Positions 9,600 through 20,247 of a stretch of DNA of 64,000 nucleotides are shown here, piece after piece (positions within the stretch are counted from its first letter, which is position 1; each line of letters starts with the position of its first letter). The notes under the pieces were generated by a model. It was not told the origin of the DNA and did no database searches. It saw only the letters and a program-made list of their open reading frames with translations. The position numbers and the translations under genes were made by a program. Source of the stretch: an uncultured virus (IMG/VR IMGVR_UViG_3300008448_009590) (lineage: Duplodnaviria; Heunggongvirae; Uroviricota; Caudoviricetes); the IMG/VR virus record IMGVR_UViG_3300008448_009590; one strand, given 5' to 3'.

Positions 9600-12395
9600 A
9601 TGTCAGAATTAATTGTTTCCAATTTAGTTTCAAGTCAACTACCTGATTTTATTAGGTCTGATAACCCCAAGTTTGTCATTTTTTTAGAAAAATACTATAA
9701 ATGGTTAGAAAGTAGTAATAATGCATTATACGAAGTCAAAACTTTAGAACAGTCTAAAGATTTAGATTTGGTCGATGATTACTATTTAAATGAAATAGCA
9801 AAAGAAGTTTTACCATATTTTCCAAAAGAAATTCTTTTAGATAAAAGAACTTTTATAAAAAATGTAGGAGAATTTTATAGGTCAAAAGGAACACCAGAAT
9901 CAGTAAAGTTTTTATTTAGAATATTATATAATGAAGATATTGAAATTTATTTTCCAAAAGAACAAATATTAAAAGTTTCTGACGGAAAATGGGTATTACC
10001 TTTATCGTTAAGAGTTGAGACTGGTGATACCAATATTTTTGATATTGAAAAATGTAAAATTACCGGAACAAATTCAAAAGCAACAGCTATCGTTGAAAAA
10101 GTTATAAAATCGGTTGACCGACAGTTAGGAATAGAATATGTAGAATTATACATTTCCAATATTAATAAATTATTTTTAACTGGAGAAAATGTAAGCACAA
10201 CTATAGTAAGAACCAATGGAAATGAAGATTTTGTTACCGCAAAATTAATTGGTTCTTTATCTGAAATTAAAATTGATCCTAAAAATAGAGGATTATATTA
10301 CAATGGATATGATACAGAATTAAGATATGAAGGAGATCCAGTTACAATTATAGGTGGATTGAATCCAAGTTCTGGTAACCCTATTGGTGCTATAGCTACA
10401 GTTGGAAATGTATTACAGGGTTCAGTTGACGATGTTGTTGTTACTAATGGAGGTTTTGGATTTAGGGATCCCGCATTATATCAAAATTCCTCAATTCTTG
10501 ATTTTACTGGAGGATTTAAAGATATATTATTAGGTTCTGAAGCTAAGGCTAAAATATTACTGTTGGATGAAAAAGTATATAGAACAATAAACGTAAGTAA
10601 TATAACAATAGAATCTTTCTATTCTTCAACTATTGACGGAATTGATAATGTAAATGACAATAAAACGATAAATGAATTGACTACGAAACAAACACTGAAT
10701 GTTTTTCCCATATCTTTTATTACCGTAGAATCTTCTGGTGGAGGGTATAAAACTCAACCCGATTTGGACATTTATAGTTTGTATATGGAAGAACTTGATG
10801 ATACATTAATTATAAATTCAACTACTGCCGTAAAGGGCACTAGAGTTTTGAGAGATGAGTCTCAAGATTTAACCAACTCTTTTGAAGTTGGAGAAACAGT
10901 AAAATTATTTTTAAGAAATAGATATGAAGAAATAAAAATTGTAGCCAACGTAAGTTCAAACACAATAACTTTTTTTGATGAATTTGAAAATAATATAAAC
11001 AATCTTTCAGTATATAAATTAAATAGAAGGAAATTAACCGAAGTTGGATCTTTAGGTAGAATTCAAATAGTCAATGGTGGAAATGGTTATTCTGTTGGGG
11101 ATTTTTTAGTTTTTAGTAGTACTGGTAGAGGATATGGAGCTAATGCGAATGTTAGTTCTGTACATGCCGGAAATAATGGAATTAAAACAATAACTTTCAA
11201 TGAAACATCCGATTATATTAGAGGTGGTGAAAGTTATACTATGATTGACCTTCCAACCGTAACAGTTAATTCTCCCGGTGGAGGACAAAATGCAGTATTA
11301 AAAGTATCCGAAATATTAGGTGAAGGATTAAATAAAGAAATTTCTACAACTAGAATTGGTGCAATATCAAGTATAAGAGTTATAAGTTACGGTTATGATT
11401 ATGTTTCTGCTCCAATTATTTCTTTGAGAAATGCTGACATATCATTAACTGATGTTACCGAAGGTCAAATTTATGTAGCGAATACATTTGTTTATCAAGG
11501 AGCATCGAATACAAATTATAGTTGGTCTGCTTATGTGGACAAATATTCAACATCAAATAATTCATTAAGAGTTTATAATTATACAGGAACTTTTGATTCT
11601 AGTCTATCTATAAAATCTGATGATAATTTAACCACAGGAAATGTTGTGACCTCGTTGTTCTACGGCGATGGTAAGGCTAAGGCAACAGCCAAATTTGAAA
11701 ATGGATTGATTCGATATCCTGGAATTTACTTGAATACCGATGGTCAACCAAGTTCGGATCAAAAATTTCAAGATGATAAAAAATATCATAACTTCTCGTA
11801 TATAATTAATACAGAAAATGATTATTATAAATTTAAGAAAACATTGCAAGAAACTGTACATCCATTAGGAACAAAAACTTTTGTAACTAAAATTGATACG
11901 AATTCAAAAAATGCTTCTGATCAAAATGTACAAATAATCTATTTAACGCAAGATTATCATTCAAATACATTTAATATAAGTAATATTTCTAATAGTATAG
12001 TGTCAACGTCAATAACTCCAAACGTGCAATCTGAAGTTTCTGTTGGCAATTTAATTATTTTAAAAAATTTAGAAAAAACCATAAATGGTACAGCAAATAT
12101 TTCATCCAGCTCAAATGTAATAACTGGTAACGGAACTAATTTTATTCATGATGTGGTTGATGGCCAAACGCTCTATCTTTCCTCTGGAAATACAGTAGTC
12201 GTAAAAAGTATATTTAATGCAAATACTATTTTTGCTCAAACAGAATTTGGCATTTCTAGCACCGATTTGACAATTAGGGTGGTGTTTGATGAAACGAAAA
12301 ATGTCTCTTTTGTGAATGCCAACACCATTTTAGTTGACACTAATCCAATAACAACAAACAACTTTGTTTCAATAATTGTACAAAAAGTGAGATAA
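9600..12395 (+). CDS. Baseplate wedge protein, gp7-like
   Basis: SQLPDFIR..PKF..FLEKYYKWLE, FYRSKGTPES.KFLFRILY, QD.KKYHNFSY, VHPLG; sits between gp6 and gp8. Confidence 0.7.
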   Translation: MSELIVSNLVSSQLPDFIRSDNPKFVIFLEKYYKWLESSNNALYEVKTLEQSKDLDLVDDYYLNEIAKEVLPYFPKEILLDKRTFIKNVGEFYRSKGTPESVKFLFRILYNEDIEIYFPKEQILKVSDGKWVLPLSLRVETGDTNIFDIEKCKITGTNSKATAIVEKVIKSVDRQLGIEYVELYISNINKLFLTGENVSTTIVRTNGNEDFVTAKLIGSLSEIKIDPKNRGLYYNGYDTELRYEGDPVTIIGGLNPSSGNPIGAIATVGNVLQGSVDDVVVTNGGFGFRDPALYQNSSILDFTGGFKDILLGSEAKAKILLLDEKVYRTINVSNITIESFYSSTIDGIDNVNDNKTINELTTKQTLNVFPISFITVESSGGGYKTQPDLDIYSLYMEELDDTLIINSTTAVKGTRVLRDESQDLTNSFEVGETVKLFLRNRYEEIKIVANVSSNTITFFDEFENNINNLSVYKLNRRKLTEVGSLGRIQIVNGGNGYSVGDFLVFSSTGRGYGANANVSSVHAGNNGIKTITFNETSDYIRGGESYTMIDLPTVTVNSPGGGQNAVLKVSEILGEGLNKEISTTRIGAISSIRVISYGYDYVSAPIISLRNADISLTDVTEGQIYVANTFVYQGASNTNYSWSAYVDKYSTSNNSLRVYNYTGTFDSSLSIKSDDNLTTGNVVTSLFYGDGKAKATAKFENGLIRYPGIYLNTDGQPSSDQKFQDDKKYHNFSYIINTENDYYKFKKTLQETVHPLGTKTFVTKIDTNSKNASDQNVQIIYLTQDYHSNTFNISNISNSIVSTSITPNVQSEVSVGNLIILKNLEKTINGTANISSSSNVITGNGTNFIHDVVDGQTLYLSSGNTVVVKSIFNANTIFAQTEFGISSTDLTIRVVFDETKNVSFVNANTILVDTNPITTNNFVSIIVQKVR

Positions 12396-12398
12396 ATA
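12391..12398 (+). promoter_or_regulatory. Late promoter-like motif GATAAATA
   Basis: TAAATA core 5 nt before the gp8 ATG. Confidence 0.45.
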
Positions 12399-12403
12399 AG
12401 TCT

Positions 12404-13744
12404 ATGTCATCAATAATAACGAACACCTTTTCTACTTTACTCGCACAACAATTCATAAATTTATTGGATGTTGGTGCGAATACGTACTTGCCCTTAAATC
12501 GAAGGTCTTATCTTTTTGCGACTATTGGCAAACAAACGCCTTGGAATCAAGGTGACACTCCTCCTGTTTCTCCCGGACAATCCACCAGAGATTTGATTGA
12601 ATATTACAATAGGGGTATTGTAGCGAAGGTAATTCAATTAGACAATGTTTCTTTCGTGGTTCCGAGGTATAATTGGCAATCCGGAACGGTGTATTCTAGA
12701 TATGGTTGTACAGTTTGTCCTATTGGAACACCATTTTATGTTTTAAATTCTAAAAATCAAGTTTTCAAATGTTTAGATAATAATAATAGTATTGCATCTA
12801 CGGATGAACCTGAATTATTTTTATCTGCGACTTCTTTAGAAGAACCATTTTTTATAACTTCTGACGGATATAAATGGAAGTATTTGTACACTATAAGTTC
12901 TGATCAAAAACAAAAATTTTTAAATCAAGATTGGATGCCGGTTGCTTATAATAGATTTGTTAGAGCAACTGCAATTAATAGAAGTATTGATATCGTTAGA
13001 ATAGGAAATGCTGGAAACAATTATGTTGATGGTCCAACACAAAGTATAATTACTATTGTTGGTGATGGAACCGATGCCGTTTTAAAAGCAAATGTTGTTG
13101 GTGGAAATGTAGTAAATATCGTTATTCAAAATAGAGGAAAAGATTATACCACAGCTAACTTAATATTTACTGATGTTGCGGGTGGCATAGGAACTGGTGC
13201 TTCAGCTAATGTAGTTTTATCTCCGCAAAATGGACATGGTTATGATCCGGTTGAAGAACTTTATGCAAATACTGTAATGTTTAATGTCGATTTTGATGGT
13301 AGTGTTGGTGGAATTTTTCCATCAGAAAATGAATTTAGAGAAGTTTCCTTAGTATACAATCCTTATATTAATAATACTGAGACATTGGCTTCAGCTGATA
13401 CATATACACTTTATAGTAAAGTTTTAGTGTCGCCTGGTGTTGGAGATTATAATAACGATGAAGTTATTATACAAGGTGACACTTTAGAAAATTCCACATT
13501 TAGTGCTGAAGTCATTTCATTTGATGAGGGTACTAATGTTATGTACCTTAATAATTTAAAAGGAACTTTTACACCCAATCAACCAGTAAAAGGATTGAGT
13601 AGTGGTTCAATACGAATAGGAATTAATGTAACAAACCCATCTTTAGAATTATATTCAGGAAAAATATTATTTGTTTCAAATAAAGTTCCTGTAACTAGAG
13701 ATCCAGACCAAACAGATAGAATTAGATTTATTTTAAGTTTCTAA
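12404..13744 (+). CDS. gp8: Baseplate wedge subunit gp8
   Basis: VVPRYNWQSG..Y, FYVLNS..VFKCLDN, DGYKWKYLYTI, P.NGHG.DPV.EL, YSGKILF..R..DQ. Confidence 0.85.
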   Translation: MSSIITNTFSTLLAQQFINLLDVGANTYLPLNRRSYLFATIGKQTPWNQGDTPPVSPGQSTRDLIEYYNRGIVAKVIQLDNVSFVVPRYNWQSGTVYSRYGCTVCPIGTPFYVLNSKNQVFKCLDNNNSIASTDEPELFLSATSLEEPFFITSDGYKWKYLYTISSDQKQKFLNQDWMPVAYNRFVRATAINRSIDIVRIGNAGNNYVDGPTQSIITIVGDGTDAVLKANVVGGNVVNIVIQNRGKDYTTANLIFTDVAGGIGTGASANVVLSPQNGHGYDPVEELYANTVMFNVDFDGSVGGIFPSENEFREVSLVYNPYINNTETLASADTYTLYSKVLVSPGVGDYNNDEVIIQGDTLENSTFSAEVISFDEGTNVMYLNNLKGTFTPNQPVKGLSSGSIRIGINVTNPSLELYSGKILFVSNKVPVTRDPDQTDRIRFILSF

Positions 13745-13755
13745 AAGAGGAATAA

Positions 13756-16700
13756 ATGACTAAGCTTTTTAATTACGATCCATATAATGACGATTTTGAT
13801 GAAGATAAAAATTTTATGCGAGTTCTTTTTCGCCCAGGATATTCCTTGCAGGCGAGAGAACTTACTCAATTACAAACAATCTTGTCCAATCAAATTGAAA
13901 AGTTTGGTAATCACATATTTAAAAATGGAAGTCCAATAACTGGAGGTAAAATTTCCCTAGATGATAGAGCTTATTATCTAATTCTAAAGGGTCAATATAG
14001 TGGTCAAGATATTGTTTTGGAAAACTTTTTGGACAAAACTATTGTTTCTTATAATTCATCTAAAGTAATTAGAGCCAAAGTTATAGCTATAGATAATTCA
14101 ACAATTTTTCCTATTTTAATTGTAAAATATTTAAGTGGAGATTTTTTTGCAGAAGGCGATGAATTAAAAGTCTATGGACAAAATATTTTTGCTGAATTGG
14201 AAGATGCAAATGCTACAGGACGTTCTTATGTAGCTAGTATACAGGAAGGTGTTTATTACTTTAAAGGACAATTTGTAAAAGTTAGTCCTCAATTTTTAGT
14301 ATTAGAAACATATTATAGATTAGGTTTAAACACAGAAACAATTAACAAACAACCTTCTTATAGAATAGGTATTGAATTTGATGAATTGGTTATTGATGAA
14401 ATTGATGATGTTTCTTTATTAGACCCAGCACAAGGTTCGTTCAATTATCAAGCACCTGGTGCAACAAGGTTTAAAATTAATACCATATTGAGTAAGAGAA
14501 CATTAGATTCTGCTGATGAATCTTCTTTTTTCGAAGTTATCCGAATTGTTGATGGGGTAAAAACAAAAGAAATTGATTATCCTATTTACAATGAAATTGA
14601 TAAGACTTTAGCAAGAAGAACATTTGACGAATCTGGTAATTATACTGTTGATCCTTTTGTAATATCTCTAGAAGAAGAATACGTAGATACATCAAATAAT
14701 AATTACGTTGATCCTAATTATTTTACAGCATCATTGGATCCAGGTAAAGCATATGTCGGCGGTTATGAGGTACAAACAATAGCTCCAACAAAATTACAAG
14801 TGTCTAGAGGAAGAGCCACAGCTAGTATTAATGACTATGATTTACCCACAAATTATTCGAGTTATGTCCATGTAGCAAACGTATATGGAACCTTAGTTAT
14901 ATCCAACTTTGAACTTTTGGATATACATTGTGCAAATCATGCCAGTGTTAGTGTTGCTTCTACGACAGAATATAATTCTTCAAAAATTGGTACAGTTCGT
15001 GCCAATATGATAAAATATAACAAATCTTCTAATCCCGATCTAGGCACAACCCATCAGTTTACAGTTAATCTTTTTGATGCAAATACTTCTTCAATAACAG
15101 GAAGTGTAGCTTCTTCTGGATCTACTAATACCGTTATAGTCTTACCTTCATCTTTTGCACAACTTCCAGCAAACAGTTATTTGGGAATGTTTTTTAGTAT
15201 TAAAGATGGAGCAGGATTAAATTTAGCACCAGTTAGAATTAAAGAATCGAGTGGATCGTCAAAAACAATTACGTTATCTTCAGCTTTACCTTTTGTTCCT
15301 TCTTCAAACGCATTTTCAATTGATTCGGATTTTAAATTTGCAGAATCATTAATAAAAAGAAGTGGTTCAAAAATTTTTGGTGCTGATATAACAGATGATT
15401 CTAAAACTAACGATGATAATAAGTATGCTTTTATTACTGAACCTAACAGACAAGGATTAATTTTTGATGTTCCTTTTGACGCTATTAAGGAAGATACAAT
15501 AACAAATTTTGATTTTTTTGCAAGAAAAGTCTATAGCGATAAGACATCAAGTGGTTCAGGAATTATTACTTTAGCACCGGAGGGCACTGACACCTTTGCA
15601 TTTGCTGGTACTCCAGGAACTTTATCTGACAGCGTTATTTTAGATAATATAATTTGTTTTATTCGACCTGATACTTCTGGAGGAATTCCAAGTATAGCAC
15701 CAAATACTGTTTTAAGTTTAGCTAATAATGAATATACCGTATCAGCTATAAGTAGCACTGAAATTAGAGTCAATTTTGATCCTACAAACACAGGACTTTT
15801 TGGTGGTATTAGAGCAGATTTTATAGTAACAACTAAAGTGAATAATGCGGAAAATGGATCAACTGGAGCTATACGATCAAAAGTTTTATACCCATTATCT
15901 GTAAGTAAACATGAAAAAGTAGCTTATATGATTGATACTACAACGGGTTTAACTTCACTTAATACTGGAACAACTACTGCTTTTTCTGGAGGATATGTTT
16001 TTCCAGAGTTGGGTGTAACTTATTTTGATAATGAAACGGGAGCGGGAGATGCCGGTACAGTTAAGAAATTAAAAACTCCAGGAGTTCCTGTTAGTTTACA
16101 AGTACCTGACGTATTAGAAATTGTAAAAATTATAGATTCGAGAACAATTACTGGTAACATTACAACAGCAATGTTGACTGATCCACTTTATGACGTAACT
16201 AATAGATATGAATTTGATAACGGACAAAGAAAAACTCATTATGATCACGCAACAATCAAATTAAAAAGAGGATTTAGTTCTCCTGTTGGCAGTTCAATTT
16301 ATGTTATGTATAATTATTTGAGTCATGGATCAGCACCATCTCCTCAAAATGATGGATTATTTACTGTAGATTCTTATTTGAACGAAACTTCGGATATTAC
16401 ATATGCAACTATAAGTAAGTTTGTCGATAAATCTACTGGAAAAATTTTATCTGGAAGAGCTTCTTTTGATTTTAGACCAACTAGAGGTATTGCTCAAAAT
16501 ACTTTGTCTGGAGCGGTTTGTCCGGATCCTGATGAAATTGCAGAAGTTTCTTTTGAAAATTATTTAAGTAGGGTTGATAAAGTAGTTGTAAAACCATCAA
16601 AAGAGATGGCTATTATTGAGGGACAATCTGCTGTTAAACCTTTGATTCCTCCACATGATATAACTGATATGTTACTTTACACCCTGTATATACCCCCGTA

Positions 16701-19700
16701 TACAGAAAATGTAAAAGATGTTCGTGTAGATTTCCAAAATAATCGTAGATTTACCATGAGGGACATTGGTGCGTTTGAAAATAGAATTAAAGGATTGGAA
16801 TATTATGTCTCTTTAAATTCTTTAGAAAAAAATGCTAATGATTCTAAAATATTAGATGCTAATGGACTCGAAAGATCAAAATATGGAATTTTAGTTGACA
16901 ATTTTACTTCAACTAGCGTTCAAGCTAATTATGGTGATGTAGGTTTTGATAATAGAAATAAAGTAGAAGATGGAGAATTAAAGCCAGCTTCTTTAATGAG
17001 TACGACTAAACTCCTATGGTCGGAAAGTACTTCTTCTGGTAGTTATAAGGTTGTGGGTACAAATACTCAAAAATCTTTGATTATGAATTATACTTCCACA
17101 AAATTTGCCGATCAACCATATGCAACTAAAACTATTCCTATTGCTAGTGCTCTTTATGGTAATTTTAATGGAACGTTAAAACTTTTCCCAGAGTTTACGA
17201 GTGACCATGATACTAGTGTTACAGCTAAAGTTACTTTAAACTCGGTTCAAGGATTAGAAGATGCCTTTAATTTCGTTGATGATAGATTAAATTACGTAGC
17301 TGAACAGAATCCAACTTGGCTAAGTGACAAAGATAGTCCTTTTGCAAAAGTTCCAGATTCTTCTTGGTTTGAAACAAAAACCACAGTTGAAAATAAGACA
17401 GTACAAATTAATAGAAATACAAATGGTAATTTACAAACCACTACTGATCAAGTTTATGTTAAAACAGGAGCAACATTAAGTGCAGATCAGATTGGTGTGT
17501 CAACATCAAAACAGGATTTAGGATCTTATATTACAGACACAGCAATAAATCCTTTCTTAAAACCTAGAGGTATAGTTTTTATAGGATCTTCTTTAAGACC
17601 TAAAACGAGATTTTATTCGTATTTTGATGGCACATTAGTTGATAACTACACTATCGTTCCATCAAAAGTTACTTTAACTCAGAATACTCCATTTAAATCT
17701 GGAGAAATGGTTTTAATTGCCAATACAAATGCTGAATTATCAACTCATATAGATAATTATGCTTTAGATACTGGAATATACCATTTAGGTGTTTGTGCCG
17801 TTTCTGAAGTGGGATCAGCTAATGTTTCTATAGTAAATGAAAGTAGTTTGTCATTGAGTGGAAAATATGTATATGGTCTAGATTCGAAAGAAACTAAAAT
17901 TATTAGTTCAGTATTAGATCATCGTTGTGGAAATACAAAATCGGTAACATCCAGTACAATTACATTAGCTGCAGATGCTCCAAGTGTAGACATTACTGGC
18001 AACACAGTAAGTTTGGTTAGAATTCAAACTACTGACGCTGATGTAAATCCTGCAACTGGAATTGGTTCCACTTACACAATTACTGCTTATAATACTACTA
18101 CTAAAGTAGCTACAGTATCAGGAACAATACCTTCCTCCGAAGTAGGAAAAACATTTTCTTATAGTATAGGAACGAATGTTTCAAATAAAGCTGGCCAAAT
18201 TGGTGGAATATTTTATCCACCACAAGCCACTTTCTTAAGTGGAGAAAGAGTTTATAGATTAACGGAGTCTTTCAATAACTCTTATGATAAAGATGCAATT
18301 TCTTTTGCCGATAAAAATTTTGTATCATCAGGTATAACAACAACAAAAACTTCTTTAGTTGATACCGTATACAATATTGGAATAAGTAATCAAATTGTAG
18401 GAACTGTTACTTCACCATTGTTACAATCGACAACAGTTACAAGTACAATAACAAGCACTTGGAGAGTCGATCCATTAGCACAAACATTTTTTGTGGATGA
18501 ACAAACTTACCCACATGGATTGTATTTGGAGAGTGTAAATTTATTCTTTAGTGCTAAGGATGATGAAAACCTTCCAGTCAGAGTGCAAATTAGACCTACA
18601 GTAAATGGTACACCTTCTTTTGATTATTGGTATCCTGAATCTGTAGTTGAAAAATATCCTAGTGAAATAATTGTCTCAAACACACCTAGTATTAATGATA
18701 GTGCTACCAAAAATGTTTTTACTTTTAGTTCACCAGTATTTTTAAAACCAGGATTATATGCTGTTGTTATATTAACTGATTCTCCAGATTATGTTGTTTG
18801 GACAGCAGAAAAGGGACAAACAACATTAACTAATCAAACTGTTTCTGTTAACCCTTATGTTGGCACTTTGTATAAATCACAAAATGCTATGGAATATGTT
18901 CCATATCTAAATGAAGATTTAATGTTTGAATTGAATCGTTGTGTTTTCAATACAAGTTCTGCAACATTTTTATTACAGAGTGAGAAACAAGATTCAAAAA
19001 TTTATATTGATAGATTTAGATTGTTGGAGAAGTCTATTACAACACAATCTAGTTCTCCAATATCAATTTCTTACTCAGTTATTACTAAACCAGTAAATTC
19101 ATCGAAAGAAACAATTTATAGAAATATAACACCGTCTACAATTTATAGTATGGGAGATGACACCTTCTATTCTATAGGTAATAGAAGAAAAGAGTTACTA
19201 GATAAAAATGATTTTACAGTAAGATTAGAAATTTCAACTTCAAACGATGCTGTGACTCCTTTAGTTTCTTTAGAGAGTTTATATGTAAATACTTGGGAAA
19301 ACTTTATTGATAATGGTGAAATTAATCCTGAAGATTTTAATATTATTGTAGCTGGTGCAAAGTACTCAAATGCTAATGTGCTTACTGTTATTTCTTCCAC
19401 AGGAGAAGGCGCAAATGTTGAAATAGTTGTAAATAATAGTACAGATGGAAATGTGGTTCGAATGAATGTCGCTTCATCTGGTATAGGATATGTTGATGAC
19501 TTTTATATTTCATATCCACATACATCAAACAGTTCAACTGTAACAGCTAATGCCTCTATTGTATTAAATAGTGAATTTGATAGTTCTGGTGGACCATGTT
19601 TGGCGAGATATATTACTAAACCTATTATTTTGACAGACGGATTTGATGCTGGTGATTTGAGGGTATTCTTATCTGCCAATAAACCTGTTGGAACAGAAAT

Positions 19701-19995
19701 TCATGTTTTCTATAAAATTTTATCTAGTTCTGATATTATAAGTTTTTCCGATAGACCTTATGGTAAATTTGAATGTTTGAATCCTAGTGTTAGTGGCGCA
19801 ATAGATGAAACTGAATTTAGAGAATATGAATACCGACCTTCTCTAACAAGTGACGAATTGACTTACACTTCTGATGCTGGAGTTATTTACGACACATTCA
19901 AAACATTTGCAATAAAGATTGTTATGACTTCGCGTGATCCTTCGGTAATACCGAGGGTTAAAGATTTAAGAATAATTGCTTTGCCAGCAGGATAA
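13756..19995 (+). CDS. Large virion structural protein (VrlC / DUF4815-like)
   Basis: PYNDDFDEDKNFMRVLFRPG..LQARELTQLQTIL, APGA.R, ARRTFDESGNY.V, DPLAQTF, C-terminal PRVKDLRIIAL, typical of the large protein following gp8 in environmental T4-like phages. Confidence 0.78.
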   Translation: MTKLFNYDPYNDDFDEDKNFMRVLFRPGYSLQARELTQLQTILSNQIEKFGNHIFKNGSPITGGKISLDDRAYYLILKGQYSGQDIVLENFLDKTIVSYNSSKVIRAKVIAIDNSTIFPILIVKYLSGDFFAEGDELKVYGQNIFAELEDANATGRSYVASIQEGVYYFKGQFVKVSPQFLVLETYYRLGLNTETINKQPSYRIGIEFDELVIDEIDDVSLLDPAQGSFNYQAPGATRFKINTILSKRTLDSADESSFFEVIRIVDGVKTKEIDYPIYNEIDKTLARRTFDESGNYTVDPFVISLEEEYVDTSNNNYVDPNYFTASLDPGKAYVGGYEVQTIAPTKLQVSRGRATASINDYDLPTNYSSYVHVANVYGTLVISNFELLDIHCANHASVSVASTTEYNSSKIGTVRANMIKYNKSSNPDLGTTHQFTVNLFDANTSSITGSVASSGSTNTVIVLPSSFAQLPANSYLGMFFSIKDGAGLNLAPVRIKESSGSSKTITLSSALPFVPSSNAFSIDSDFKFAESLIKRSGSKIFGADITDDSKTNDDNKYAFITEPNRQGLIFDVPFDAIKEDTITNFDFFARKVYSDKTSSGSGIITLAPEGTDTFAFAGTPGTLSDSVILDNIICFIRPDTSGGIPSIAPNTVLSLANNEYTVSAISSTEIRVNFDPTNTGLFGGIRADFIVTTKVNNAENGSTGAIRSKVLYPLSVSKHEKVAYMIDTTTGLTSLNTGTTTAFSGGYVFPELGVTYFDNETGAGDAGTVKKLKTPGVPVSLQVPDVLEIVKIIDSRTITGNITTAMLTDPLYDVTNRYEFDNGQRKTHYDHATIKLKRGFSSPVGSSIYVMYNYLSHGSAPSPQNDGLFTVDSYLNETSDITYATISKFVDKSTGKILSGRASFDFRPTRGIAQNTLSGAVCPDPDEIAEVSFENYLSRVDKVVVKPSKEMAIIEGQSAVKPLIPPHDITDMLLYTLYIPPYTENVKDVRVDFQNNRRFTMRDIGAFENRIKGLEYYVSLNSLEKNANDSKILDANGLERSKYGILVDNFTSTSVQANYGDVGFDNRNKVEDGELKPASLMSTTKLLWSESTSSGSYKVVGTNTQKSLIMNYTSTKFADQPYATKTIPIASALYGNFNGTLKLFPEFTSDHDTSVTAKVTLNSVQGLEDAFNFVDDRLNYVAEQNPTWLSDKDSPFAKVPDSSWFETKTTVENKTVQINRNTNGNLQTTTDQVYVKTGATLSADQIGVSTSKQDLGSYITDTAINPFLKPRGIVFIGSSLRPKTRFYSYFDGTLVDNYTIVPSKVTLTQNTPFKSGEMVLIANTNAELSTHIDNYALDTGIYHLGVCAVSEVGSANVSIVNESSLSLSGKYVYGLDSKETKIISSVLDHRCGNTKSVTSSTITLAADAPSVDITGNTVSLVRIQTTDADVNPATGIGSTYTITAYNTTTKVATVSGTIPSSEVGKTFSYSIGTNVSNKAGQIGGIFYPPQATFLSGERVYRLTESFNNSYDKDAISFADKNFVSSGITTTKTSLVDTVYNIGISNQIVGTVTSPLLQSTTVTSTITSTWRVDPLAQTFFVDEQTYPHGLYLESVNLFFSAKDDENLPVRVQIRPTVNGTPSFDYWYPESVVEKYPSEIIVSNTPSINDSATKNVFTFSSPVFLKPGLYAVVILTDSPDYVVWTAEKGQTTLTNQTVSVNPYVGTLYKSQNAMEYVPYLNEDLMFELNRCVFNTSSATFLLQSEKQDSKIYIDRFRLLEKSITTQSSSPISISYSVITKPVNSSKETIYRNITPSTIYSMGDDTFYSIGNRRKELLDKNDFTVRLEISTSNDAVTPLVSLESLYVNTWENFIDNGEINPEDFNIIVAGAKYSNANVLTVISSTGEGANVEIVVNNSTDGNVVRMNVASSGIGYVDDFYISYPHTSNSSTVTANASIVLNSEFDSSGGPCLARYITKPIILTDGFDAGDLRVFLSANKPVGTEIHVFYKILSSSDIISFSDRPYGKFECLNPSVSGAIDETEFREYEYRPSLTSDELTYTSDAGVIYDTFKTFAIKIVMTSRDPSVIPRVKDLRIIALPAG

Positions 19996-19998
19996 TAT

Positions 19999-20238
19999 AT
20001 GAAAGAAAATCTTTTAAAAGTAGAAGGCGATTTATTCGTAAAAGATAGGAAAAATGGTGCCATTTTGGCTGTAAATAAAAATATACTCATACAAAATGAA
20101 GCTAGAAAAAAAATGGGTAAAAAAATGAGCAGTAATGACACTGAGATAAATAACTTAAAATCTAAAATAGAAGAATTATCTAACGATATGACCGAAATCA
20201 AATCGTTGTTAAAAACTTTGATTCAAAAGAAGGATTAA
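19999..20238 (+). CDS. Small coiled-coil hypothetical protein
   Basis: KVEG..LFVKDRKNGAIL followed by a heptad tail EINNLKSKIEELSNDMTEIKSLL; in operon. Confidence 0.7.
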   Translation: MKENLLKVEGDLFVKDRKNGAILAVNKNILIQNEARKKMGKKMSSNDTEINNLKSKIEELSNDMTEIKSLLKTLIQKKD

Positions 20239-20247
20239 TAATTAGAG

